Shown: piece after piece, positions 37,261-45,678 of the stretch
Position numbering within the stretch: the first letter of the stretch is position 1
How the letters are laid out: every line of letters begins with the position of its first letter
Assembly: GCA_964373045.1 (NCBI GenBank)
Contig: CAYJSI010000001.1
Span: 31,650-95,649, forward strand
Source of the DNA: an uncultured bacterium
GTDB lineage: Bacteria > Omnitrophota > Omnitrophia > Omnitrophales > Aquincolibacteriaceae
Length of the DNA: 64,000 nt
Direction of reading: 5' to 3'
Notes under the pieces: generated by a model
Databases searched by the model: none
What the model saw: the letters and a program-made list of their open reading frames with translations, nothing else
Told to the model about the DNA's origin: nothing
Position numbers and translations under genes: made by a program

Positions 37261-38286
37261 ATGAAATTCGGGAAAATAAAACGATTAATTTTGTTCGGAG
37301 GATCAAAACTGATGGTTGAATTTATCAACCGCTTAGATTTTAAGTTTTATGAAGTGGTTGTGTTCACAGATCCCCGCCATTTGGAAGAAATGGCTTCGCG
37401 CGAAAAGCTTACGCTTCAAGCTTGTTTGGAGAAAGCAAGAATCCCTTATTTCTGCGCGCCCGATATAAATTCGGATCCTCATTTAGAAAGCTATATCGAC
37501 AAGCAGACGTTAGGTATCGGAATGGGTGAAGTTTGGAAGTTTTCAAAAAAAATAATCGAGTTATTTGAAGGCAAACTGGTTGACCTTATGGCCATTCCAT
37601 TACCGCAATTCCGCGGGGGAGCTCATTATTCGTGGCAAATCCTTTCCCAGAGCTTTAAGGGAGGGTCTCACATTCAAATTATCAATGAGGCTATGAGACC
37701 CGGCTGCTTTGATTCCGGCGGAATTATCAAAGCTTATTATTACCGGTTTCCCACCGAAGCAAGAACACCTCAGGATTATTTTGATTATGCTGGAAAAATT
37801 GATTTGGAATTCCTGTTGGAATTTTCACAAGAGATCCGCGACGACATAGATTTTACTATGATGTCGATACGAGAAGATATCAGTAGCTATTTCCCGAGGC
37901 TTAACACGCAACTTCAAGGGTTCATCAATTGGGGTTGGAAAGTCGGGGATCTGGACCGGTTTATCTGCGCCTTTGGCCGGCCTTATGCAGGCGCCTCCAC
38001 ATTTTGCAATGCGCAGCGCTATTACCTCAGGGAATCCCAAGTTATTTATGATGAAGGATTGTTTCACCCCTTCCAGGCGGGACTTATCTACAAGAAAATA
38101 GATCACGAACTTTACATTGCAGCAAACGGTGGGACGCTCATTATTCGCGAAGTTTTGGATGAAAGCGGCAATCCTGCCGATAAGGAATTAGGTATAGGTA
38201 TGCGTTTTTACACTCCCGCGGAACGTCTTGAAAATGCCATGCTGCTCGTGGCGGAGTATGACCGATATGAAAACACAAAAGTCTGA
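37261..38286 (+). CDS. Formyltransferase-family protein (Fmt/ArnA N-terminal-like), candidate sugar N-formyltransferase
   Basis: LPQFRGGAHYSWQIL and IQIINEAMRPGCFDSGGII align with the Fmt LPRYRGAAPIQWAI / MDEGLDTGDI catalytic region. Confidence 0.45.
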   Translation: MKFGKIKRLILFGGSKLMVEFINRLDFKFYEVVVFTDPRHLEEMASREKLTLQACLEKARIPYFCAPDINSDPHLESYIDKQTLGIGMGEVWKFSKKIIELFEGKLVDLMAIPLPQFRGGAHYSWQILSQSFKGGSHIQIINEAMRPGCFDSGGIIKAYYYRFPTEARTPQDYFDYAGKIDLEFLLEFSQEIRDDIDFTMMSIREDISSYFPRLNTQLQGFINWGWKVGDLDRFICAFGRPYAGASTFCNAQRYYLRESQVIYDEGLFHPFQAGLIYKKIDHELYIAANGGTLIIREVLDESGNPADKELGIGMRFYTPAERLENAMLLVAEYDRYENTKV

Positions 38287-38845
38287 AACCGAACGTCCAA
38301 ATGATGAAACGGTTTATCATCCTTACCTCGAAGCGGAAAATATATACCTGCGGGAAGTTCGAATATCGGATGTGAATGAGGATTATTACAGCTGGTTAAA
38401 CGATATTGAAGTTACGCGCTTTTTGGAAACCCGCTTTGCTCCTCAGTCCATGCAGTCTATCGCAGAGTATGTTCAGCGATACACCGAGCAGCAGAAGGAT
38501 TCTATTTTCCTAGCCATTATCGAAAAAAAATCAAATCTTCATATCGGAAATATTAAAGTCGGCCCTATCAATTGGTACCACCGTTTTGCGGATGTTTCTA
38601 TTATTATCGGGCGCAAGGAAAGTTGGGGGAAAAATTACGCCACGGAGGCCATCAAAACCGTGACCGAATATTCTTTTAAGACTTTGAACCTACATCGGCT
38701 GAGTGCTTATATTTATAATGACAATATTGCCTCCACCAAGGCCTTTTTAAAATCAGGATTCAAACAGGAAGGGGTCTGTTACCGAAAACGGTTTTCGGAG
38801 GGCCAGTACGTGGACGAAAAAATTTATGGCATCGTTAATGAATAA
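38267..38845 (+). CDS. GNAT N-acetyltransferase (RimJ/RimL-like, Acetyltransf_3)
   Basis: LREVRISDVNEDYYSWLND...IGNIKV...WGKNYATEAIK is a GNAT core. The ATG at 38267 is preferred over the track start at 38228. Confidence 0.5.
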   Translation: MKTQKSETERPNDETVYHPYLEAENIYLREVRISDVNEDYYSWLNDIEVTRFLETRFAPQSMQSIAEYVQRYTEQQKDSIFLAIIEKKSNLHIGNIKVGPINWYHRFADVSIIIGRKESWGKNYATEAIKTVTEYSFKTLNLHRLSAYIYNDNIASTKAFLKSGFKQEGVCYRKRFSEGQYVDEKIYGIVNE

Positions 38846-38863
38846 ACGGAAACAAGAACTTCC

Positions 38864-40204
38864 ATGAACATGTTAGAACTCTTAAATAAAATTTATATGC
38901 TACGTCTTGCACCTTCTTCACCTGATACGACCCTCGGCAATAAGATATTAAAAAATGAATTGCCATTTCGTACGCACGAATTTGAACCGGATCAGGAATG
39001 GAACGGATGGGTGGTTCCAAAATCGTGGAGTGTAAAGAAGGCATCAATTAGGAAAAACGGTAAACTTATCTATGATGGAATGGCTCACCCCCTTGGAGTC
39101 ATTGGGTACTCGCAATCTTTCAGCGGAACTATTAGCCTTGAGGAGCTTCAATCTCACCTTTTTTCAGATACCTCTCGCCCGGAAGCCATCCTTTATCACT
39201 GCGCCTTGTATTACCGTATGATGCTCAAACAATGGGGTTTTTGCATCCCTCATAAGCTTCGCGAGAGGCTGGAGAACGGGAAGTATGAAGTTGAGCTTGT
39301 CACGTCTTTCATAAATGCTCCAATGCAAGTGCTCGATTTTACTTTGCCGGGTGAGACAGAAAACACGCTGGTCTTGAACGCGCACAACTGCCATGCTGCG
39401 CAAGCCAACGACGGCACCAGCGGGATTGTCGTGGGAGTCGAATTAATAAAGCGTTTGATGCAGAAAAAGAATCGTCGACTCAGTTACAAGCTTGTCATTG
39501 CACCGGAGCATTTGGGGACCGTTTTTTATTTGTCGTGCCTTCCTGATGAGGAAGCGGCTAACCTTAAATACTGTATTTTTTTAGAAATGCTTGGCTCTAA
39601 AGGACCTTTTGCTTTACAGGAAACGTTTACAGGCGCTAGCTTGCTTGACAGGGCAAGTCATCACGTGTTGCAGCATTCGTTTCCGGATTATTTTTCCGAT
39701 AAATTCCGTAAGATTGTCGGCAATGATGAAACCGTTTGGGAGGCGCCCGGTTTGGAGATTCCAACGATATCCTTATCTCGCTTTCCCTATAACGAATACC
39801 ATACAAATTTCGATAATCATGAAATTATTCTTGAGTCTAAACTCGAAGAGGCCGTAACGGCCGGCCTTGACGTGATAAATATTCTGGAAACCAACACGTA
39901 CCTCAAACGGCGCTTCAAAGGTCTCGTGGCCCTTTCTAACCCTAAATACGATTTGTATATGCACACGCGGGATCCTGCCGCAACACCGAATGTAACCTCA
40001 ACGCAAAAGAAATGGAATTACCTCATGGATTGCCTACCGCGCTGGTTTGATGGAAAAACTTCAATTCTAGATATCGCGGAAAAGCACGATCTGCCTTATC
40101 GCCAGGTCTATGACTATCTTAAACGGTTTGAACAAAAAGAACTGGTTGAGTTTTGTCCACTAGAGCAGGCGGCGTTTTCCGCATCGTTGCCGGAGTCCAA
40201 CTAA
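38864..40204 (+). CDS. Hypothetical protein with a peptidase-like (M28/DUF4910-type) domain
   Basis: 446 aa. HNCHAAQANDGTSGIVVGVELIKRL is reminiscent of an aminopeptidase-like fold. Assignment is weak. Confidence 0.25.
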   Translation: MNMLELLNKIYMLRLAPSSPDTTLGNKILKNELPFRTHEFEPDQEWNGWVVPKSWSVKKASIRKNGKLIYDGMAHPLGVIGYSQSFSGTISLEELQSHLFSDTSRPEAILYHCALYYRMMLKQWGFCIPHKLRERLENGKYEVELVTSFINAPMQVLDFTLPGETENTLVLNAHNCHAAQANDGTSGIVVGVELIKRLMQKKNRRLSYKLVIAPEHLGTVFYLSCLPDEEAANLKYCIFLEMLGSKGPFALQETFTGASLLDRASHHVLQHSFPDYFSDKFRKIVGNDETVWEAPGLEIPTISLSRFPYNEYHTNFDNHEIILESKLEEAVTAGLDVINILETNTYLKRRFKGLVALSNPKYDLYMHTRDPAATPNVTSTQKKWNYLMDCLPRWFDGKTSILDIAEKHDLPYRQVYDYLKRFEQKELVEFCPLEQAAFSASLPESN

Positions 40205-40210
40205 CTTAAT

Positions 40211-41134
40211 ATGAAGGATTATTTGCAGGCAGATCTGATAAGAGCCCTTCAAGAAATTGGGCTTAAGAAAGGTGATGTCGCGCTGGTATCCACAGAGCTT
40301 TTTGCTATGGGGAAACTAAAAACGGCCCAGACTAAAGAAGAGCTCTGTCGTCTTATTTGTGAAGCCATTTTGAGTATCATCGGCGCAGAGGGCACCTTGG
40401 CGGTCAATGCCTATACGACTTATACCCAGCGATACGGCCTTCCGTTTGACCGGGAGCGGTCCAGGCCAACAACTGGTGTTTTCAGCGAATATATTTTGTT
40501 TCATCCTGACAGCATCCGAAGCACGCATCCGATCCACTCCGTCGCGGCACTTGGAAAATACAAAGAAAAAATATGCTTAGATACGAGCCCGTCGAATTAT
40601 GGTTTTGATTCGCCGGTTGACCGAATGTTAAATTTGAATTGTCAAATTCTCCGTTTGGGTGTTGATTTCGGTGACAATGTCTTTACTCATTACGTCGAGG
40701 GACTTTACGGGCTGCCATATTTTTATAACAAACTACTTGATGTGGACGTGGTTGTTGATGGAAAAAAAACGGACCGACTTTTTTTTGCGACCGTCCGCCA
40801 CCTGAATTTGACGATGGAAGATAATTACGAGCCAATTAAGGCTGCCTTGGTCAAAGCGAAACGGGTTTATTCTGCCGCCGTAGGCGATGGGTGGGTACAT
40901 CGAATAGACGCAAAAGAATATTGCCGGACATTAATTGAACTGCTTAACCAAAATCCATGGGCACTTGTAAAAAATCCACCCAACTTTAAAAAGGGGGAAA
41001 TCCCATTTGATGGGGCCACTAAAGGACGCGATGGGGTTGAAACGAGGGCCAATTTTTTGTTTGAGGAATTGCGCGGCACCAAGAGCCAAAATCAAGAGCC
41101 GATCTCCCTTCCTAAGTCCGCAGTCGCGAATTAA
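40211..41134 (+). CDS. AAC(3)-family (Antibiotic_NAT) N-acetyltransferase-like protein
   Basis: N-terminal DLIRALQEIGLKKGDVALVSTELFAMG matches the AAC(3) signature (L..LGV..GD.LLVHSSL...G). Confidence 0.5.
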   Translation: MKDYLQADLIRALQEIGLKKGDVALVSTELFAMGKLKTAQTKEELCRLICEAILSIIGAEGTLAVNAYTTYTQRYGLPFDRERSRPTTGVFSEYILFHPDSIRSTHPIHSVAALGKYKEKICLDTSPSNYGFDSPVDRMLNLNCQILRLGVDFGDNVFTHYVEGLYGLPYFYNKLLDVDVVVDGKKTDRLFFATVRHLNLTMEDNYEPIKAALVKAKRVYSAAVGDGWVHRIDAKEYCRTLIELLNQNPWALVKNPPNFKKGEIPFDGATKGRDGVETRANFLFEELRGTKSQNQEPISLPKSAVAN

Positions 41135-41188
41135 CTTACTCGTTTCTTTTACTGTCGTAGAAATACATTGAAAGGTGTTCCGATAAAA

Positions 41189-42103
41189 ATGGAACTAGGT
41201 CTTGGAACCGCCCAACTTGGACTCGATTATGGAATTACAAATGCCAGAGGAAAAGTGTCTGAGCGGGAAGCTGAAAATATTCTGAAAGCAGCCATCAAGC
41301 ATGGAATTGAATTGTTTGACACCGCGCCAGGATACGGCACGAGTGAGGAAGTCCTCGGAAAATTATTACTCCCCAATTCTCGATTTAAGATAGTGACGAA
41401 AGTGCCTCGTTTTGATAAATCGGTACTTGTTCCTGAGGATTGCCACAATTTACTTGCGGTTTTTCATCGCTCACTTAAAAAATTAAGGCAAGATGCGGTT
41501 TATGCGCTACTTTTCCATTATCCTCAAGATCTTTTGACGGACGGAGCCGAAGGACTTTTTGAAGCGGCGCAAGCTCTAAAAATAGAGGGAAAAATAAAAA
41601 AAATCGGTGTTTCTGTATATACGCTTGAAGAAGCAGAAATGATTATGGGCCGGTTTCCCATCGAGGTCATTCAAATTCCAGTGAATATTCTGGACCAGCG
41701 ATTCCCGAAATCTGGGATTTTGAAAGAACTCAAAAATCGCGGTATTGAGATTCACGGCCGTTCCATTTTTTTGCAGGGGATATTGCTTGCCGATCCAGAG
41801 GCTTTGCCGTCTTTTTTCCTGCCTCTCAAACCTCTTTTGCATCAATACCAGCACACGTTGAGTAAGAAAGGATTGACGCTCATTGAGGGGGCTATGGGAT
41901 ACGTGCACCAGCTAGAAATTGATTTTACCATTGTTGGCGCTGCTTCTGAGAGTGAGTGGAAGGAATCCCTTTCGGCTTTTGAATCTGCAAAACACTTATC
42001 GGGAGTAGATTTTTCTATATTTTCCTGCGAAGACAGCGACATGATCAATCCAACGAAATGGCCGAGCGCTTCAATGAAAACCCGAAAGGCCGTGCGATTA
42101 TGA
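41189..42103 (+). CDS. Aldo/keto reductase
   Basis: MELGLGTAQLGLDYG...ELFDTAPGYGTSEEVLG is an AKR signature. The track start at 41168 is a TTG; the ATG at 41189 is preferred. Confidence 0.6.
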   Translation: MELGLGTAQLGLDYGITNARGKVSEREAENILKAAIKHGIELFDTAPGYGTSEEVLGKLLLPNSRFKIVTKVPRFDKSVLVPEDCHNLLAVFHRSLKKLRQDAVYALLFHYPQDLLTDGAEGLFEAAQALKIEGKIKKIGVSVYTLEEAEMIMGRFPIEVIQIPVNILDQRFPKSGILKELKNRGIEIHGRSIFLQGILLADPEALPSFFLPLKPLLHQYQHTLSKKGLTLIEGAMGYVHQLEIDFTIVGAASESEWKESLSAFESAKHLSGVDFSIFSCEDSDMINPTKWPSASMKTRKAVRL

Positions 42104-42834
42104 TTTTGGGGATCTTGCAAGCCAGAATGAATTCACGGCGGTTTCCCGGGAAGGTTCTGAAGCCGATTCTGGGTGTGCCTATGATTCTCCGCCAAATTGA
42201 GCGTCTAAAGCAGTCAAAAAAAATGGACCACCTCTTGGTCGCGACCAGTCGAGAGGTTTCAGACGATCCGATTGCTGAAGTTTGCCGGTATAACCGAATC
42301 GAATGTTTTCGCGGCCATTTAGAAGATGTCCTAGACCGTTTTTATCAGGCCGCCGCTTTGCACCAGCCTGAGCATGTTATTCGGTTTACGGGTGATTGCC
42401 CACTTGCTGATGCTTACGTTATTGACAATCTCGTAAACTTTTACTTAGATGGAAATTTTGATTATGCAAGCAATGCTCTTGAACCCACCTATCCCGACGG
42501 CCTTGATGCTGAAATCTTTCGATTTTCGTCCTTAGCTCAGGCCTGGAAAGAAGCTGTCGCATCTTTTGATCGTGAACATGTAACACCTTATTTTTACTGT
42601 CATCCCGAAAGATTTAAAATAGGTAGTTTAAAAGGAGCTAGAGATTTATCCAGCATGCGCTGGACCGTCGATGAAGAGGATGATTTTAAATTTGTAACCT
42701 GTATTTTCGACGGTCTCTATCACCATAAGCCGACATTCGAAATGGCCGATATTTTAGAACATCTTAAACATCATCCCGAGCTCCAAGCCATCAATGCGTC
42801 GCATACCCGCAATGAGGGGGCACATCCATGCTAA
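42100..42834 (+). CDS. pseF: SpsF/FlmC-type (COG1861) cytidylyltransferase; candidate CMP-pseudaminic acid synthetase
   Basis: ILGILQARMNSRRFPGKVL is the SpsF/FlmC motif. The ATG at 42100 overlaps the upstream stop (ATGA). Confidence 0.45.
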   Translation: MILGILQARMNSRRFPGKVLKPILGVPMILRQIERLKQSKKMDHLLVATSREVSDDPIAEVCRYNRIECFRGHLEDVLDRFYQAAALHQPEHVIRFTGDCPLADAYVIDNLVNFYLDGNFDYASNALEPTYPDGLDAEIFRFSSLAQAWKEAVASFDREHVTPYFYCHPERFKIGSLKGARDLSSMRWTVDEEDDFKFVTCIFDGLYHHKPTFEMADILEHLKHHPELQAINASHTRNEGAHPC

Positions 42835-44120
42835 CTGGTCGTTACGCACTCTCGGAGGATTTGCTTGAAAAAACCCTCCGCATTATCCCGCTAGGGACTC
42901 AAACTTACAGTAAAAGTAAAACCCAATATCCGCGCGGCGTCTCACCGTACTTTATTACCAAGGGACGCGGGAGCAGAGTTTGGGATGTTGACGGTAATGA
43001 GTATATTGACTTCGTCAACTCATTAGCTGCCGTTACATTGGGTTATAACGACCCCAGCGTTAACCGTGCGGTGCGTAATCAACTAAGGAACGGCGTTTTG
43101 TTTTCTTTGCCTCATCCACTCGAACTCGAAGTTGCCAAAATAGTTACGGAAATGGTCCCATGTGCCGAAATGGTGCGCTTTGGGAAAAATGGGTCAGATG
43201 CGACAAGCGGTGCTGTTCGTTTAGCGCGTGCCTATACAAAGCGAGATCATATCGTAGTTTGCGGGTACCATGGCTGGCAGGATTGGTATATTGGTTCAAC
43301 TTCACGGAACGCCGGGGTGCCTAAATGCGTTCAAGAATTGACCCATTCATTTATCTATAACGAAATCGATTCCTTAAAAAAACTTTTTTCAGTCTTTCCC
43401 GACCAAATAGCAGCCGTTATGCTTGAACCCATGAACAAGCAGGAACCGCGTGACGGCTTTCTCTCAACAGTTAAAAATTTAGCGCATGAAAACGGCGCAC
43501 TGCTTATTTTTGACGAAGTCATCACCGGTTTTCGCTTTGCCAATGGGGGAGCTCAGGAATATTTTGGGGTCATTCCTGATCTTGCTACTTTTGGCAAGGG
43601 GCTTGCCAACGGTTTCCCGCTTTCTGCGATTGCAGGTCGAAAAGAATTTATGCAATATCTCGAAGACATTTTCTTTTCATTTACTTTTGGAGGCGAGACT
43701 CTCTCATTGGCTGCCGCAAAAGCAACGCTTGAAAAACTTCAGAAGGAACCCGTTGTCAATACGCTAAAAAGCCGTGGGACGAAAGTCCGTTCCGGGGCAG
43801 AAAGTCTCATACAAGCTCACGATCTTGGAAATGTCATACGGATTTCAGGGCATCCTGCCTGGTCTTTTCTGAATTTTACAGATACGCCAGAGGCTAACCA
43901 GTGGCAAATAAAAACTCTCTTTTTACAAGAAGTTTTTTCGCGTGGGATCCTTACGCTTGGTAGCCACAATATGAGCTATGCCCACACAGATAAGGATGTC
44001 GAACGATTGCTTGATGTCTATGATGAGACATTTGCGATTCTTAAAAAAGCGATTAAAAGTCAAAACATTAATGACTTCTTAAAAGGCGAGGTTTTAACGC
44101 CATTATTCACGGTTCGATGA
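42828..44120 (+). CDS. Class III PLP aminotransferase (glutamate-1-semialdehyde 2,1-aminomutase-like)
   Basis: RVWDVDGNEYIDF, LIFDEVITGFR and TFGKGLANGFPLSA (Lys) are class-III aminotransferase motifs. Confidence 0.65.
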   Translation: MLTGRYALSEDLLEKTLRIIPLGTQTYSKSKTQYPRGVSPYFITKGRGSRVWDVDGNEYIDFVNSLAAVTLGYNDPSVNRAVRNQLRNGVLFSLPHPLELEVAKIVTEMVPCAEMVRFGKNGSDATSGAVRLARAYTKRDHIVVCGYHGWQDWYIGSTSRNAGVPKCVQELTHSFIYNEIDSLKKLFSVFPDQIAAVMLEPMNKQEPRDGFLSTVKNLAHENGALLIFDEVITGFRFANGGAQEYFGVIPDLATFGKGLANGFPLSAIAGRKEFMQYLEDIFFSFTFGGETLSLAAAKATLEKLQKEPVVNTLKSRGTKVRSGAESLIQAHDLGNVIRISGHPAWSFLNFTDTPEANQWQIKTLFLQEVFSRGILTLGSHNMSYAHTDKDVERLLDVYDETFAILKKAIKSQNINDFLKGEVLTPLFTVR

Positions 44121-44620
44121 CCAAACGGGTCAGGCAGTCCTCTGCCACGGCAGAAATTCTGAACCTGCGGGCGGTTCAACCGAGCGATAAAAAAATCCTA
44201 TGGGAATGGAGTAACCGGCCTCAAACGAGACGCTATTCATTCAACTCAAAACCAATTTCCTGGGCGGAACACGTTAAGTGGTTTGCCTCAAAAATGCGAG
44301 ACCGACGATGCTATTTTTATGTCGCAGAAAACTGTGGAAACCGGCCCGTGGGCCAGATTCGGTTTGAGAGAAAGGGTGAGGTAGCGATTGTTTCTTTAAT
44401 GGTCGATAAGAAATATCAAGGACGGGGATATGCCAGTGAAATGCTGACGCTTTCGTCAAAGAAACTCTTTAAAAACAACATAAAAAAAATACTGGCTTAC
44501 GTGCTGCCGCAAAATTATATTTCGTTGGAATTTTTTAAAAAGAATGGATTTAAAAAGTCGGGTTTTATTTTTGTCAATAAGAAGTCGGCTTACAAGTTGG
44601 AACTTCGGAGAAAACGATGA
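44117..44620 (+). CDS. pseH: GNAT N-acetyltransferase, PseH-like
   Basis: 167 aa. LRAVQPSDKKILWEWSNRP...VGQIRFERKGEVAIVSLMVDKKYQGRGYASEML shows PseH-like architecture. It sits between the cytidylyltransferase/aminotransferase and pseI. Confidence 0.5.
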   Translation: MTKRVRQSSATAEILNLRAVQPSDKKILWEWSNRPQTRRYSFNSKPISWAEHVKWFASKMRDRRCYFYVAENCGNRPVGQIRFERKGEVAIVSLMVDKKYQGRGYASEMLTLSSKKLFKNNIKKILAYVLPQNYISLEFFKKNGFKKSGFIFVNKKSAYKLELRRKR

Positions 44621-45678
44621 CGGGATTTATCGAAATAAGCGGAAGAAAGATCGGTCCGGGATTTCCTGCCTATGTGATAGCAGAACTTTCCGCCAATCAT
44701 CATCAGCAGCTAAGAGTTGCCACCCGGCTTATTCACGAAGCCAAAAATGCAGGCGCAGATGCCGTTAAAATTCAGACCTATACAGCAGATTCGCTCACTT
44801 TGGATTGCCGCAATCGTTATTTTAAAATCGGCGGCGGAACGCTTTGGGATGGCCATACGCTTTATGACCTTTATAAAGATGCCTACACACCTTGGGAGTG
44901 GCACCCTAAACTCAAAAAGGTAGCTGAGAAGTTAGGGCTCGGTTTTTTTTCGTCACCTTTTGATTTCGTTGCCATTGACTTTCTCGAAAATCTAAAAATG
45001 CCGGCTTATAAAGTTGCTTCATTTGAGATTGTCGATCTCCCGCTTATTCAAAAAATGGCAAGGACCGGTAAGCCTATAATTCTTTCTACGGGCATGGCAT
45101 CCTTCAAGGAAATTGCAGACGCCGTTAAGGCTGCCCGCGAAGTCGGCGCCAAGCAAATCGCACTCCTGAAGTGTTGTAGCGCTTATCCCGCGCCTTCGAG
45201 TGAGATGAATATCAAGACAATAACCCATATGCAAAAAGCGTTCAAAGTCCCGGTGGGCATTTCCGATCATACCTTGGGCATCGAAGTTCCCGTCTCAGCG
45301 GTTGCGCTTGGCGCCTGCATTGTTGAGAAACACTTTATTTTGTCCCGCAAAGAGAAAGGACCGGACAACGCTTTTTCCCTTGAACCCGTAGAATTTGCAG
45401 CCATGGTAAAGGGAATCCGAATTGCTGAAAAGGCGGTTGGGAAAGTTCAGTACGGACCCACAGCGCACGAAAAGTCGAGTTTGCCATTCCGCAGATCTTT
45501 ATTTGTGGTGGAATCAGTCACGAAGGGGGAGGTTCTAACGGCGGCAAATGTCCGCTCAATTCGGCCGGCACACGGCCTTCCCCCAAAATATCTTCCCGAG
45601 ATTGTAGGACGCCGGGCACAGAGAAATATTAAACGAGGGACTCCTTTAAAATGGGACCACTTAGCTCCGAAAAGATAA
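44617..45678 (+). CDS. pseI: Pseudaminic acid synthase (NeuB family, with C-terminal SAF domain)
   Basis: IAELSANHHQQLRVATRLIHEAKNAGADAVKIQTY and ILSTGMAS are NeuB-family motifs. A C-terminal antifreeze-like SAF domain is present (IRPAHGL). Confidence 0.75.
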   Translation: MTGFIEISGRKIGPGFPAYVIAELSANHHQQLRVATRLIHEAKNAGADAVKIQTYTADSLTLDCRNRYFKIGGGTLWDGHTLYDLYKDAYTPWEWHPKLKKVAEKLGLGFFSSPFDFVAIDFLENLKMPAYKVASFEIVDLPLIQKMARTGKPIILSTGMASFKEIADAVKAAREVGAKQIALLKCCSAYPAPSSEMNIKTITHMQKAFKVPVGISDHTLGIEVPVSAVALGACIVEKHFILSRKEKGPDNAFSLEPVEFAAMVKGIRIAEKAVGKVQYGPTAHEKSSLPFRRSLFVVESVTKGEVLTAANVRSIRPAHGLPPKYLPEIVGRRAQRNIKRGTPLKWDHLAPKR

